This document shows positions 53,768-62,599 of a stretch of DNA of 64,000 bases, piece after piece. The stretch's first letter is position 1. Every line of letters starts with the position of its first letter. A model generated the notes under the pieces. It worked only from the letters and a program-made list of their open reading frames with translations. It did no database searches and was not told the origin of the DNA. The position numbers and the translations under genes are program-made. The DNA comes from Candidatus Fermentibacteraceae bacterium (GTDB lineage: Bacteria; Fermentibacterota; Fermentibacteria; Fermentibacterales; JCC-6): assembly GCA_041750285.1 (NCBI GenBank), contig JBGSZS010000021.1:1-64000 (forward strand), read 5' to 3'.

Positions 53768-54633
53768 GGGAAAAGGGTAAAAAGGCGTTGGGAAGGGGGC
53801 TGGAAGCGCTTCTGCCTGCGATCTCAGCGGAACCAGCCGGAAAAGGCGCTTCCATGATGGTCCCAGTTGGTCTCATCGACGCCAACCCGTTCCAGCCCAG
53901 GGTGGACTGGAGCCAGGACGACCTTCAGTCGCTCAGTGATTCGATCCGCGCCCAGGGGATCATACAGCCCCTTGTTCTGCGCCCCGCAGGAGAGCGTTAC
54001 CAGCTCATCGCCGGGGAAAGACGGCTCAGGGCGTCAATAATGGCTGGGCTTTCGGAGGTTCCCGCGGTCATAAGGGAAGCGGACGACCGTCAGATGCTGG
54101 CGCTGGCCCTGGTCGAGAACATACAGAGGTCAGACCTGAACCCGATGGAGAAGGCCGAGGCCTTCAGCCGCTTCTGCAGTGAATTCAAACTCACGCAGGA
54201 AGACCTTGGACGGCAGGTGGGACTGAGCCGTTCAGCCGTTGCCAACTTTCAGAGGCTCCTCGAACTGCCGGAGAAGGTCAGGGTCATGCTTCGCACCGGT
54301 CAGCTTACAATGGGGCACGGCAGGGCGCTTCTCGGCCTTTCCGACGGGGACCACATGGTCAGGGCCGCGGGTATGGCCGTTCACAAGGGCATGAGCGTAA
54401 GGGCCCTTGAGGAGCTGGTCCGCAGCAGCAGGTCCGAAGGCAGTGCGAAGAAGCCGGGAAAGGTCCGTGAGGTTTCCCCCGAGATCGCTGCACTGGAAGA
54501 AGGTCTGCAAAGGCTTTTCGGCACCAGGGTGAGGGTGAGGGATACCGCAGGCCGTGGCAGCATAGAGATAGAGTATGCTTCACTGGACGAGCTGGACAGA
54601 CTCCTCTCCATTTTCAGAAGTTCCTCCCGTTGA
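53764..54633 (+). CDS. parB: Chromosome partitioning protein ParB/Spo0J
   Basis: LGRGLEAL, NPFQPR, IAGERRLRA, ENIQR.DL, HTH, GHGRALL. Confidence 0.97.
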   Translation: MREKGKKALGRGLEALLPAISAEPAGKGASMMVPVGLIDANPFQPRVDWSQDDLQSLSDSIRAQGIIQPLVLRPAGERYQLIAGERRLRASIMAGLSEVPAVIREADDRQMLALALVENIQRSDLNPMEKAEAFSRFCSEFKLTQEDLGRQVGLSRSAVANFQRLLELPEKVRVMLRTGQLTMGHGRALLGLSDGDHMVRAAGMAVHKGMSVRALEELVRSSRSEGSAKKPGKVREVSPEIAALEEGLQRLFGTRVRVRDTAGRGSIEIEYASLDELDRLLSIFRSSSR

Positions 54634-54657
54634 CATAGTACAGCGTTGTCATATCGT
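54630..54657 (+). promoter_or_regulatory. Probable ferredoxin promoter
   Basis: TTGACA 54630-35, N16, TATCGT 54652-57; AGGAGGT SD downstream. Confidence 0.5.
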
Positions 54658-54686
54658 ACTCACCGCTCTAATCAGGAGGTTATCAA

Positions 54687-54854
54687 ATGGCCTACAAGAT
54701 CACCGATGCATGCATCGCCTGCGGTGCCTGCATGAGCGAATGCCCCGTGGACGCAATCAGTGAGGGAGACAAATACTCCATAGATCCGGCTACCTGCATC
54801 GATTGCGGTGCCTGTGCGGCTGTGTGCCCGGTCGAAGCCATCGAAGCTCCCTGA
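54687..54854 (+). CDS. fdx: Clostridial-type 2[4Fe-4S] ferredoxin, 55 aa (absent from ORF track)
   Basis: MAYKITDACIACGACMSECPVDAISEGDKYSIDPATCIDCGACAAVCPVEAIEAP. Confidence 0.96.
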   Translation: MAYKITDACIACGACMSECPVDAISEGDKYSIDPATCIDCGACAAVCPVEAIEAP

Positions 54855-54872
54855 CCGGTTCCGCGCTCTTCC

Positions 54873-54904
54873 GGGCGGGTCTTTACAGGCCCGCCCTTTG
54901 TTTT
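54873..54904 (+). terminator. Intrinsic terminator after ferredoxin
   Basis: GGGCGGGTCT-TTAC-AGGCCCGCCC followed by TTTGTTTT; the loop overlaps the stop codon of the convergent gene. Confidence 0.75.
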
Positions 54905-56055
54905 GCCAGAAAGGTGTAGAGATCCCTCAGGTCCGAAATCATTTTCTCGGCCGAGAAGGGTTCCAGGTCTTTGTCGACGTTCCCGAGAAGCGAATCGGAC
55001 AGTCCGGGAGTGGATAGTATTTCGATGGTCCTCCCGGCCAGACAGCCCGCATCGCCCACGGGGCAGATCATTCCGTTGCCGGTTCCGGTGAGAAGCTCGG
55101 ATACCCCCCCCACATCAGTGGAGACCACGGGCACCCCCGAAGCAAGCGCCTCGAGCATTCCCCGAGGCAGCCCTTCACTCACGGAGGTGATCAGGAACAC
55201 GTTAAAAGCGGGAAGAAGCCTGCAGACATCGGTTCGGTTCCCCGCCAGGATGACCGCCCGGGAAAGGCCTGATGAATCGATCCTGCGTTCAACCACGGGC
55301 CGCATCGGACCGTCGCCTATCATCACGAACATGCATTCGGGAAGGATGGCATGTATTCGTGAGGCAACATCCAGGAAAGTCATGGGGTCCTTCACCGGAG
55401 CAAGCCTTGCCACCGTTCCCACGACCGGACAGTCAGCCGGCAGACCCAGTTCAGCCCGGGCAGCGGCCGACATTCCCCTGCATGACCTGAAAGGTCCGAA
55501 TTCGACTCCGCTCCTGATCACCGTGTAATCACCGGGTCTTCCGATACCCCAGACTGCCCCCTTGAAGATGTCTTCCGGAGTCACCGCAACGGATTGATGG
55601 GCCAGGCCGAACCCGATCCTTTCCATTGTGGTGTACGCTGCCTGCTGCAGGAAGCTCATCCGGGCATCGAAGGGCCAGCCGTGGAAGGTCTGGACCACCA
55701 TGGGGGAGCGCCCCGAAAGCCGGGCTGCCGCCCTGCCAAGAAGACGGGCTTTGGAACCGTGGGTGTGAACGATCGTGTACCCGCCCCTTTTTATGATGTT
55801 GGCAAGCTCATACAGAGCAAGAACATCGTGGATCGGGGAGATCCTCCACACAAGGTGCGGGCAGACCTTCGTCGTGATGCCGAACTGCTCTGCGAGATGG
55901 AAGTAATTGCCCTCCGGTGGTCTTTCGGGTCCGGTGACCAGCTCGGAACGGAAACCTTCACCCCGGATGTCCCGGCAGCTCAGGAGCGTGTTCATCCCGG
56001 CACCGCCGACGGCAAGCCTGGTCAGCACATGAAGGATGGAAACCTCTTCGGGCAT
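54883..56055 (-). CDS. Glycosyltransferase family 4
   Basis: GGA, VHTH.SKA, HGW, ARL..VKD, GDGP, SEGLP...LEALASG.PVV.TDVGG. Confidence 0.92.
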   Translation of the reverse strand: MPEEVSILHVLTRLAVGGAGMNTLLSCRDIRGEGFRSELVTGPERPPEGNYFHLAEQFGITTKVCPHLVWRISPIHDVLALYELANIIKRGGYTIVHTHGSKARLLGRAAARLSGRSPMVVQTFHGWPFDARMSFLQQAAYTTMERIGFGLAHQSVAVTPEDIFKGAVWGIGRPGDYTVIRSGVEFGPFRSCRGMSAAARAELGLPADCPVVGTVARLAPVKDPMTFLDVASRIHAILPECMFVMIGDGPMRPVVERRIDSSGLSRAVILAGNRTDVCRLLPAFNVFLITSVSEGLPRGMLEALASGVPVVSTDVGGVSELLTGTGNGMICPVGDAGCLAGRTIEILSTPGLSDSLLGNVDKDLEPFSAEKMISDLRDLYTFLAKQRAGL

Positions 56056-56058
56056 GGT

Positions 56059-56562
56059 TCAGGCTTTTTTGCGGCCGTGAAGGACTGCCAGGAAGAATAT
56101 GAAGATCAGTATTGTAAGCGCCGAATAGAATATGGGGCTGAGGAACAGAAACCCTACCGCCCAGAACGCCCCCAGAAAGGGAAGCATCTTCCTGATGTGG
56201 CTGCCCACGGGAAGCAGCCCCTTCTTCCCGGCGGGGAACGTGTTGTAAAGGCGGATAAGGTCTTCAGCGAAACTGAAGAGAACGATCGATACAGCAACGA
56301 GCGCGAGATGAAGGAAGATCCCGCCCACAAGGGCCCTGTTGTCGAACAGGGCAAGGATCGAAGTGAAGAAAGGCAGCATCAGCAGTCCGCAGAGAAGAAA
56401 ACCGACACCCCATTGAATTGCCGTGTCACGGGTCAGCGCGTGTCCCCTTGCTGACAGGAGGGCGATGAACCGCTTCAGGAGAAGGCGTGTAAGCTCGAAC
56501 AGACCCTTCACAACCGCAAGGACAAGCACGACCAGAATAATGTCATGAACCCGCTGATTCAT
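56059..56562 (-). CDS. Hypothetical membrane protein (about 5 TM)
   Basis: Hydrophobic ORF with GGAGGT SD in a tight minus-strand operon. Confidence 0.65.
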   Translation of the reverse strand: MNQRVHDIILVVLVLAVVKGLFELTRLLLKRFIALLSARGHALTRDTAIQWGVGFLLCGLLMLPFFTSILALFDNRALVGGIFLHLALVAVSIVLFSFAEDLIRLYNTFPAGKKGLLPVGSHIRKMLPFLGAFWAVGFLFLSPIFYSALTILIFIFFLAVLHGRKKA

Positions 56563-56568
56563 CGACGG

Positions 56569-57144
56569 TTACCTCCGTTTGCGTTTCGATACGGCCTTCT
56601 TCTTTCCGCTTCCCCTGATCTGCACCAGCAGTCCGGCCGCGAACACTGCGGCAAGTGTCAGGAAGTAGCCGAATACCCCTATCGGGATGGAGAAGTTGGC
56701 GGCAAGGTTGACCGCGCCCGAAGAGGCCGTGAGGCTTCCGAAAGCGGCTGTGAGAAGGGCAAGCACGAAGTTCCTGTAGGCACATGCCAGGCCTCCGCCA
56801 AGAACGGCGGCCACTATGACCAGCAGAGCCGACGGGGGGGCCGTGAAGGCGAAAACCGCCGATGCTGCCAGAAGCGCGCCGGCGAAGAACAGCGCCAGCC
56901 GGAGGAACAACCCGGAAAGAACGGCGAAGAGAATGCCGAAGATCCACGGACCCATACTGATGAAGCCAGGGTCGTTCCAGATGGCCGATGCTATTCCCGC
57001 GCCGTGCACAAGCCCAAGGGCCAGCCCCGACAGGGCCAGGACAACTCCTATGAGCCTGTTTCCGAAGAAGGCAGCCAAGACTCCCGTGATGACCATCAAG
57101 ACCGGTACCCAAAGGGGATCGATCAGGACCAGTTCGCCTATCAT
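56569..57144 (-). CDS. Membrane protein, DUF4203/TMEM198-like
   Basis: G...AFFG.RL, FFAGA, TAAFG, G..VQ pattern; ATGA-coupled start at 57144. Confidence 0.65.
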   Translation of the reverse strand: MIGELVLIDPLWVPVLMVITGVLAAFFGNRLIGVVLALSGLALGLVHGAGIASAIWNDPGFISMGPWIFGILFAVLSGLFLRLALFFAGALLAASAVFAFTAPPSALLVIVAAVLGGGLACAYRNFVLALLTAAFGSLTASSGAVNLAANFSIPIGVFGYFLTLAAVFAAGLLVQIRGSGKKKAVSKRKRR

Positions 57145-57800
57145 TCCCCTGCCTCTCCCTTCCAGTCCCCCAACAGATGCGCAAGACTGGCCGCCTCGCA
57201 GACGGCCCCGGCGTCCATTCCCCGGTTGTGGGGCGTTCTGACCAGAACTGCCCTGAAGCCACCCCTCCTTGCCGCCTCGATGCCCTTCCATGCGTCTTCC
57301 ACCACCAGGCAGGAGCCAGGTGGGACTCCCAGAAGAGCGGCAGCCCTAAGGAATATATCCGGTTCGGGTTTGTGCCTTGACCCCTCTCCTCCAACAACGG
57401 GAGGAACCGGGCTTCCACCCCTCTCGAGAACGGCGCGGACAAGCTCCGAATCGGTGTTCGACGCTATCACGCAGGGCTTTCTTTGCACCACCCAAGAGAG
57501 AAGCTCCCCGGCTTCCCGGAACAGGGGTATGACCCCTGAACGGCAGAGGTCTCCGTAAAGCTCCTTCTGCAGGCTCCGCAACCTTTCCTTATCCCGCGGG
57601 GCGAACCCCATCTCCGTGAGGTGTTGTTCGCCCTGGCCAAGAAAAGACCATCTCAGGTAGTATTCTCTCTCCCCAATCGGTCCTGCGGGAGATATGGCCA
57701 TGTTCCAGGTTTCCCTGTAAAAAGGCTCGCTGTCTGCCAGCACGCCGTCGAAATCGAACAGGACGGCGCTGCAGTTTTCCCATTCCCGGCGAAGCGACAA
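57141..57800 (-). CDS. HAD-IA phosphatase (beta-PGM/CbbY-like)
   Basis: FDFDGVLADSE, IASN, KPEPDIFL, VEDA..GI.AA; TTG start at 57800 behind GAGGGGAG. Confidence 0.88.
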   Translation of the reverse strand: MSLRREWENCSAVLFDFDGVLADSEPFYRETWNMAISPAGPIGEREYYLRWSFLGQGEQHLTEMGFAPRDKERLRSLQKELYGDLCRSGVIPLFREAGELLSWVVQRKPCVIASNTDSELVRAVLERGGSPVPPVVGGEGSRHKPEPDIFLRAAALLGVPPGSCLVVEDAWKGIEAARRGGFRAVLVRTPHNRGMDAGAVCEAASLAHLLGDWKGEAGE

Positions 57801-57892
57801 ACGACTCCCCTCGGCTTTGCACAAACGGAAGACAGGAATCATAATAGCTTTCCACATCCGTTGTCCCTGCTTTCATCACCGGGAGGTGTTCT

Positions 57893-58795
57893 TTGTTAAA
57901 CAGTTTTGAAGAGATACGAAGCGCGGCCAGAGGGATCAGCGGTTCCAGGGTCGCGGTACCCATGGGCCATGATGCCGCGTCCCTCGAGGCTCTCATAACC
58001 GCCGCACGGGAGGGGCTCGCCGAGGCCGTTGTCATCGCTCCCGTCCGTGAGGTGGAACACACGCTGGAAGGCCTGCATCTGTCCCTTCCCCCGGGCATCT
58101 CCGTTGAGGATCAGACGGACGAGGAGGCCGCCGCGCTCAGGGCCGTGCAACTCGTCAGTCAGGGCAGCGCCTCCATCCTGATGAAGGGTCTCCTCAAGAC
58201 TTCCACATTCCTCAGGGCCGTGCTCGATGAGAAGGTCGGACTTCGGTCGGGAGGCATACTAAGCCACATAGCCGTGGTTCATGTTCCCCGGCAGAACCGT
58301 CTGGTAGCCATAACCGACGGTGGGATGAACATCCGCCCCGATGCGGAGCAGACCGTTCAGATCATCCGCAACGCCGCTTTCGTCATGCAGAGGCTGGGAG
58401 CTCCGGTGACAAGGGCGGCCCTTCTCGCTGCCATCGAGGCCCCCAACGACAAGATGCCAGAAACCCTTCTCTGGAAGGAAGTGGTTGACCGCGGAATCCC
58501 GGGTGTACACGTCGACGGCCCGATGGCGGTCGATGGAGCCATGGACCCCGAGGCCGCGGCCATAAAGGGAATGAAGGGCGAGGTTCCGGGGCGGGCCAAT
58601 GTGCTTGTTACACCCGACATCGCCAGCGGGAACATTTTCGCCAAGGCCTTCATGTACATGACGGACGCCCAGGTGGGGGGGCTCGTGGCCGGGGCCGCGG
58701 CTCCCGTCGTGATGCTGAGCCGGTCCGATTCACCCTCCACCAAGCTCAACTCACTTGCCCTGGGAGTTGTTGTCTCGGGAGGCCGGGATGGGTGA
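57893..58795 (+). CDS. ptb: Phosphate butyryltransferase / acyltransferase
   Basis: LMKG, LSH, TDGGMNI.P, DGP.A.D.A, P.I..GN...K, SRSDS; adjacent to buk. Confidence 0.92.
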   Translation: MLNSFEEIRSAARGISGSRVAVPMGHDAASLEALITAAREGLAEAVVIAPVREVEHTLEGLHLSLPPGISVEDQTDEEAAALRAVQLVSQGSASILMKGLLKTSTFLRAVLDEKVGLRSGGILSHIAVVHVPRQNRLVAITDGGMNIRPDAEQTVQIIRNAAFVMQRLGAPVTRAALLAAIEAPNDKMPETLLWKEVVDRGIPGVHVDGPMAVDGAMDPEAAAIKGMKGEVPGRANVLVTPDIASGNIFAKAFMYMTDAQVGGLVAGAAAPVVMLSRSDSPSTKLNSLALGVVVSGGRDG

Positions 58796-59864
58796 GCGGC
58801 TGATCTTCGCGGTGAACCCGGGGGGGACTTCCACCAAGATAGGCCTGTTCCGGGAAACCGTGGCCCTGTTCGAGGAGAATGTTCACCACGATCCCGTAGA
58901 GCTCGCCTCTCTGGGCTCCACCTTCGGCCAGCTGGACACAAGACGGAGCCTTGTTCTCAAGGCCCTGCACGAGAAGGGATACGCCCCCTCGCAGCTCACG
59001 GCGGTCGTTGGCCGGGGAGGCACGTTCAAACCCCTTTCAAGCGGAACCTACAGGGTCACTGAACGGCTTCTCACCGACATAAGGGAGGGCACGACCCTCC
59101 AGGCCGATCACCCCTCCAACCTTGGAGCTCCAATTGCCTGGGCGGTGGCACACGAAGCGGGCTTGCCGGCCTACTTCGTCGACCCCGTATGCGTGGACGA
59201 GATGATCGAGGAGGCAAGGCTGAGCGGACATCCGCTTCTTCCAAGGGTCAGCCTCAGCCATGCCCTGAACATCCGCATGGTTGCCTACAAGGCTGCCGAA
59301 ACCCTTAAAAAGCCTCTTTCAGGGCTGAACATGGTGGTGATGCACCTGGGCAGCGGGGTAAGCGTGAACGCCCTCAGGCAGGGCCTCATGATCGACACCA
59401 ACAACGCCAACGACGGCGGGCCCTTCAGCAGCACACGTACCGGCGGGCTTCCGGTGACCGGGCTGATAAGGCTTTGCTACAGCGGCAGGTACACCGCAGA
59501 TGAGCTGAAGGGCATGTTCCTCAAGCAGGGCGGGCTTCTGGCCTACCTGGGCGAAGAGCACCTTCTCACGATACGGGAAAAGGTTCTCGCCGGCGACGGC
59601 ACGGCCGACCTCACCCTCAGGGCGATGGCTTACCAGATGGCCAAGGAGGCCGGCTCAATGGCCGCCGCCCTGGCGGGAAAGGTCGATGCGGTTGTCATAA
59701 CGGGCGGAATGGCGAACAACGAATGGCTCTGCGGAGTTCTGAAGGAGTACCTGTCCTTCATTGCACCCATAATGGTCTTCCCGGGGGAGGCCGAGCTGGA
59801 AGCATTGGTTCGGGGCGTTCTCCGCGTGCTTGACGGCGTGGAGGAAGAACGGGAATACCTCTGA
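58788..59864 (+). CDS. buk: Butyrate (branched-chain carboxylate) kinase
   Basis: NPGGTSTKIG, VGRGG, H.SNLG, DPV.VDE, HALN, HLG.G, ITGGMA, PGE.E. Confidence 0.95.
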   Translation: MGERLIFAVNPGGTSTKIGLFRETVALFEENVHHDPVELASLGSTFGQLDTRRSLVLKALHEKGYAPSQLTAVVGRGGTFKPLSSGTYRVTERLLTDIREGTTLQADHPSNLGAPIAWAVAHEAGLPAYFVDPVCVDEMIEEARLSGHPLLPRVSLSHALNIRMVAYKAAETLKKPLSGLNMVVMHLGSGVSVNALRQGLMIDTNNANDGGPFSSTRTGGLPVTGLIRLCYSGRYTADELKGMFLKQGGLLAYLGEEHLLTIREKVLAGDGTADLTLRAMAYQMAKEAGSMAAALAGKVDAVVITGGMANNEWLCGVLKEYLSFIAPIMVFPGEAELEALVRGVLRVLDGVEEEREYL

Positions 59865-59879
59865 CTGGAAGGGAAGACA

Positions 59880-61676
59880 ATGGGGAGGAAACTGAACCTT
59901 AATGAGGAGAGATCGGGAACCCTCTTCCTCTCCGGGAACGAGGCGATAGCCCGTGGGGCGTGGGAGTGCGGGGTGCACTTCGCCGCCGCCTATCCCGGAA
60001 CACCGTCCACCGAGATACTCGAAACCATAGGCGAGCACTATCCCGAGATAAAGGCTCAGTGGGCACCCAATGAAAAGGTGGCCCTCGAGGTCGTGGCCGG
60101 GGCGAGCTTCGCCGGCGCAAGGGTTCTCTCGGCCATGAAACACGTGGGGTTGAACGTTGCGGCAGACCCCCTGTTCACCCTGAGCTACATCGGCGCCACG
60201 GGCGGCGTGGTGGTGGTGAGCGCCGACGACCCCGGAATGCACTCGTCCCAGAACGAGCAGGACAACAGGCTCATGGGACGTGCTGCGAAACTCGTCGTCC
60301 TCGAGCCGTCGGACAGCCAGGAAGCACTTGATTTCACGAAGGAAGCATTCAGGATCAGCGAGGAGTTCGACACTCCGGTGCTTCTGCGTGTTACCACCAG
60401 GGTATGCCACTCAAAGAGCCTCGTTCGTGTTTCGGAACGGCGCGAGATACCGGTGAAGGGCTATGTGAAGGACATCGCCAAACGGGTGCCCATTCCGGCC
60501 AATGCCAGGAAGATGCACAGCCGGGTCGAGGCAAGGCTTTCCAGACTGTCGGACTGGGGCTCGGAAAGCGCCCTCAACGGCATCGAGATCAAAGACCCCT
60601 CGATCGGGGTCATAACCTCCGGGATCTCCTACCAGTACGTGAAGGAGGTCTACCCTGAAGCCAGCGTTCTCAGGCTGGGGATGACCAACCCGTTGCCGTG
60701 GAGGCTGATAGGTGATTTTATCGCAAGGGTTTCCAGGGTGGTGGTCATCGAGGAGGGCGAGCCCTTCCTCGAGGAGAGCATAAGAAGCCGCTTCCTGATC
60801 GATGCGCAGGGCAAGAGCCTCGTTCCCATCGAGGGTGAGCTGAACCCTGAACTGGTCAGGGCTGCTCTCCGACCCGAAAGCACCATCAAGAGCCCGTATC
60901 GGGAGGCGGACCTTCCCGGAAGGCCGCCAACGCTCTGTCCCGGTTGCCCTCACAGGGGCGCATTCCATACACTTGCGGGCATGAAGTTCAGCTCCACCGG
61001 CGACATAGGGTGCTACACCCTTGGTCTCATGCCTCCCTACAACGCTCTAGAAACAGTCGTGTGCATGGGTGCAGCTGTGGGGGTCCTGGCCGGGATTGAG
61101 AAGGCGCTTGAACCGGGCGGGATGCCGAAGCTCGTTGCAGCCATCGGAGAATCGACCTTCATCCACTCCGGCATCACCGGACTCATCGACATGGTGTACA
61201 ACGGAAACACCGGCACGGTGATGATAATGGACAACAGCCTCACCGCCATGACGGGGGGCCAGCAGAACCCCGCCACGGGCAGAGACCTCAGGGGGGAACC
61301 GGCTCCGATGCTCGACCTTGTGGAGATCGTCAGGGCATGCGGGGTGAAAAGGATAAGGGTGGTGGACCCCCACGACCTGAAGGAGATGAAAAAGGTCCTG
61401 AAGGAGGAGTACGAAGCACCCGAGCTCAGCGTGATAATTACAAAACGCCCCTGCATCATGGCCTACAAGCCTCTCCGAAAGACCGTTGCGGTTCACGATC
61501 CCGACAAGTGCGTCCATTGCCGCGCCTGCATCAGACTGGGCTGTCCCGCCATAAGCTGGGACGCTGAAGCGGGGGTTCCCGTCATCAGTGAGATGCACTG
61601 CTGGCCCAACTGCAATCTGTGCGTCCAGGTGTGTCCCGTGGGAGCACTGGGCAAGGATCTCGAGGGGGTTGTCTGA
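59880..61676 (+). CDS. iorA: Indolepyruvate:ferredoxin oxidoreductase alpha subunit
   Basis: GNEAIARG, YPGTPSTE, MKHVGLNVAAD, SSQNEQD, CPGCPH, DIGCY, TAMTGGQ, C-terminal ferredoxin. Confidence 0.95.
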   Translation: MGRKLNLNEERSGTLFLSGNEAIARGAWECGVHFAAAYPGTPSTEILETIGEHYPEIKAQWAPNEKVALEVVAGASFAGARVLSAMKHVGLNVAADPLFTLSYIGATGGVVVVSADDPGMHSSQNEQDNRLMGRAAKLVVLEPSDSQEALDFTKEAFRISEEFDTPVLLRVTTRVCHSKSLVRVSERREIPVKGYVKDIAKRVPIPANARKMHSRVEARLSRLSDWGSESALNGIEIKDPSIGVITSGISYQYVKEVYPEASVLRLGMTNPLPWRLIGDFIARVSRVVVIEEGEPFLEESIRSRFLIDAQGKSLVPIEGELNPELVRAALRPESTIKSPYREADLPGRPPTLCPGCPHRGAFHTLAGMKFSSTGDIGCYTLGLMPPYNALETVVCMGAAVGVLAGIEKALEPGGMPKLVAAIGESTFIHSGITGLIDMVYNGNTGTVMIMDNSLTAMTGGQQNPATGRDLRGEPAPMLDLVEIVRACGVKRIRVVDPHDLKEMKKVLKEEYEAPELSVIITKRPCIMAYKPLRKTVAVHDPDKCVHCRACIRLGCPAISWDAEAGVPVISEMHCWPNCNLCVQVCPVGALGKDLEGVV

Positions 61677-62278
61677 TGGAAGGAACGACCAACATCATCC
61701 TTTGCGGAACCGGCGGGCAGGGAATTCTTCTGGCCAGCGAGGTCTTGTGCGCCGCCGCTTGGAACAGCGGCTTCGACGTGAAGAAGAGCGAAGTGCACGG
61801 AATGGCCCAGCGGGGGGGAAGCGTTTCCAGCCACGTGAGGTTCGGCGGCAAGGTTTTCAGCGTTCTCGTCGAGCAGGGAACCGCCCACATGATAATAGCG
61901 CTGGAGAAGATGGAAGGCTTGCGCTGGGCGCACTTTTTGAGCCCGGGCGGCAGGCTTGTTTCGGCGGACATCCGAATCAATCCCATGACGGTCAACACGG
62001 GGTCCGCCACATACCCCGACATCGATGCGCTCGTGTCCGAAGGGGGGATTCCCTGCACCGAGGTCCCCGTGCTTTCCATAGCGCGTGACCTCGGCAACTT
62101 CAAGGTCGTCAACGTGGCGCTGCTGGGAGCCGCCTCAACCCTCATAGAGGGCATACCCCTGTCCAGCTGGGAGAGGGCCATCGAGGAAAGGGTCCCCCAA
62201 AAAGCGCTTGCCGTGAACATGGAAGCCTTCGAGAGGGGAAGGGCCGTACCTCACATCTCGAAGGGAGCCCCAAGATGA
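61676..62278 (+). CDS. iorB: Indolepyruvate:ferredoxin oxidoreductase beta subunit
   Basis: G.GGQG, SEVHGMAQRGGSV.SHVR, N..LLGA, N..AF..G. Confidence 0.95.
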   Translation: MEGTTNIILCGTGGQGILLASEVLCAAAWNSGFDVKKSEVHGMAQRGGSVSSHVRFGGKVFSVLVEQGTAHMIIALEKMEGLRWAHFLSPGGRLVSADIRINPMTVNTGSATYPDIDALVSEGGIPCTEVPVLSIARDLGNFKVVNVALLGAASTLIEGIPLSSWERAIEERVPQKALAVNMEAFERGRAVPHISKGAPR

Positions 62279-62598
62279 CCAGGCTTCTGGCCGATGCTCC
62301 CTACAGTGCGGAGAACTTCGGACGCCGGGCCGTAGTGGACGAGGATCACCTTCTTCTCATGCAGATAGCCCTGCTTCCGGGGCAGGAGGTTCCCCTGCAC
62401 AAGGCAAACTCTAACGTGCACCTCATTGTGATGCAGGGTGACGTCCGGGTGATCCTCGACGGGGTTTCGACCCTGGCAGGCACGGGAGACCTGCTGCCGG
62501 TGGAATACGGCACTCCCATGCGCATCCTCAACGACGGCTCAGGCAACGCCACTTTCCTGGTGATCAAGACCCCTCATCCCAGGGTGATGGAAAGGTGA
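62275..62598 (+). CDS. Cupin domain protein
   Basis: L.PGQEVP.H, G.V, GD...V, FLVIK.P.P. Confidence 0.75.
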   Translation: MTRLLADAPYSAENFGRRAVVDEDHLLLMQIALLPGQEVPLHKANSNVHLIVMQGDVRVILDGVSTLAGTGDLLPVEYGTPMRILNDGSGNATFLVIKTPHPRVMER

Positions 62599-62599
62599 T

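Noticed and set aside
55594..57558. Plus-strand ORFs of 286 aa and 337 aa and minus-strand ORF 56543-57442
   Set aside because: Shadows of the GT4, membrane-protein and HAD genes, which have clear motifs.
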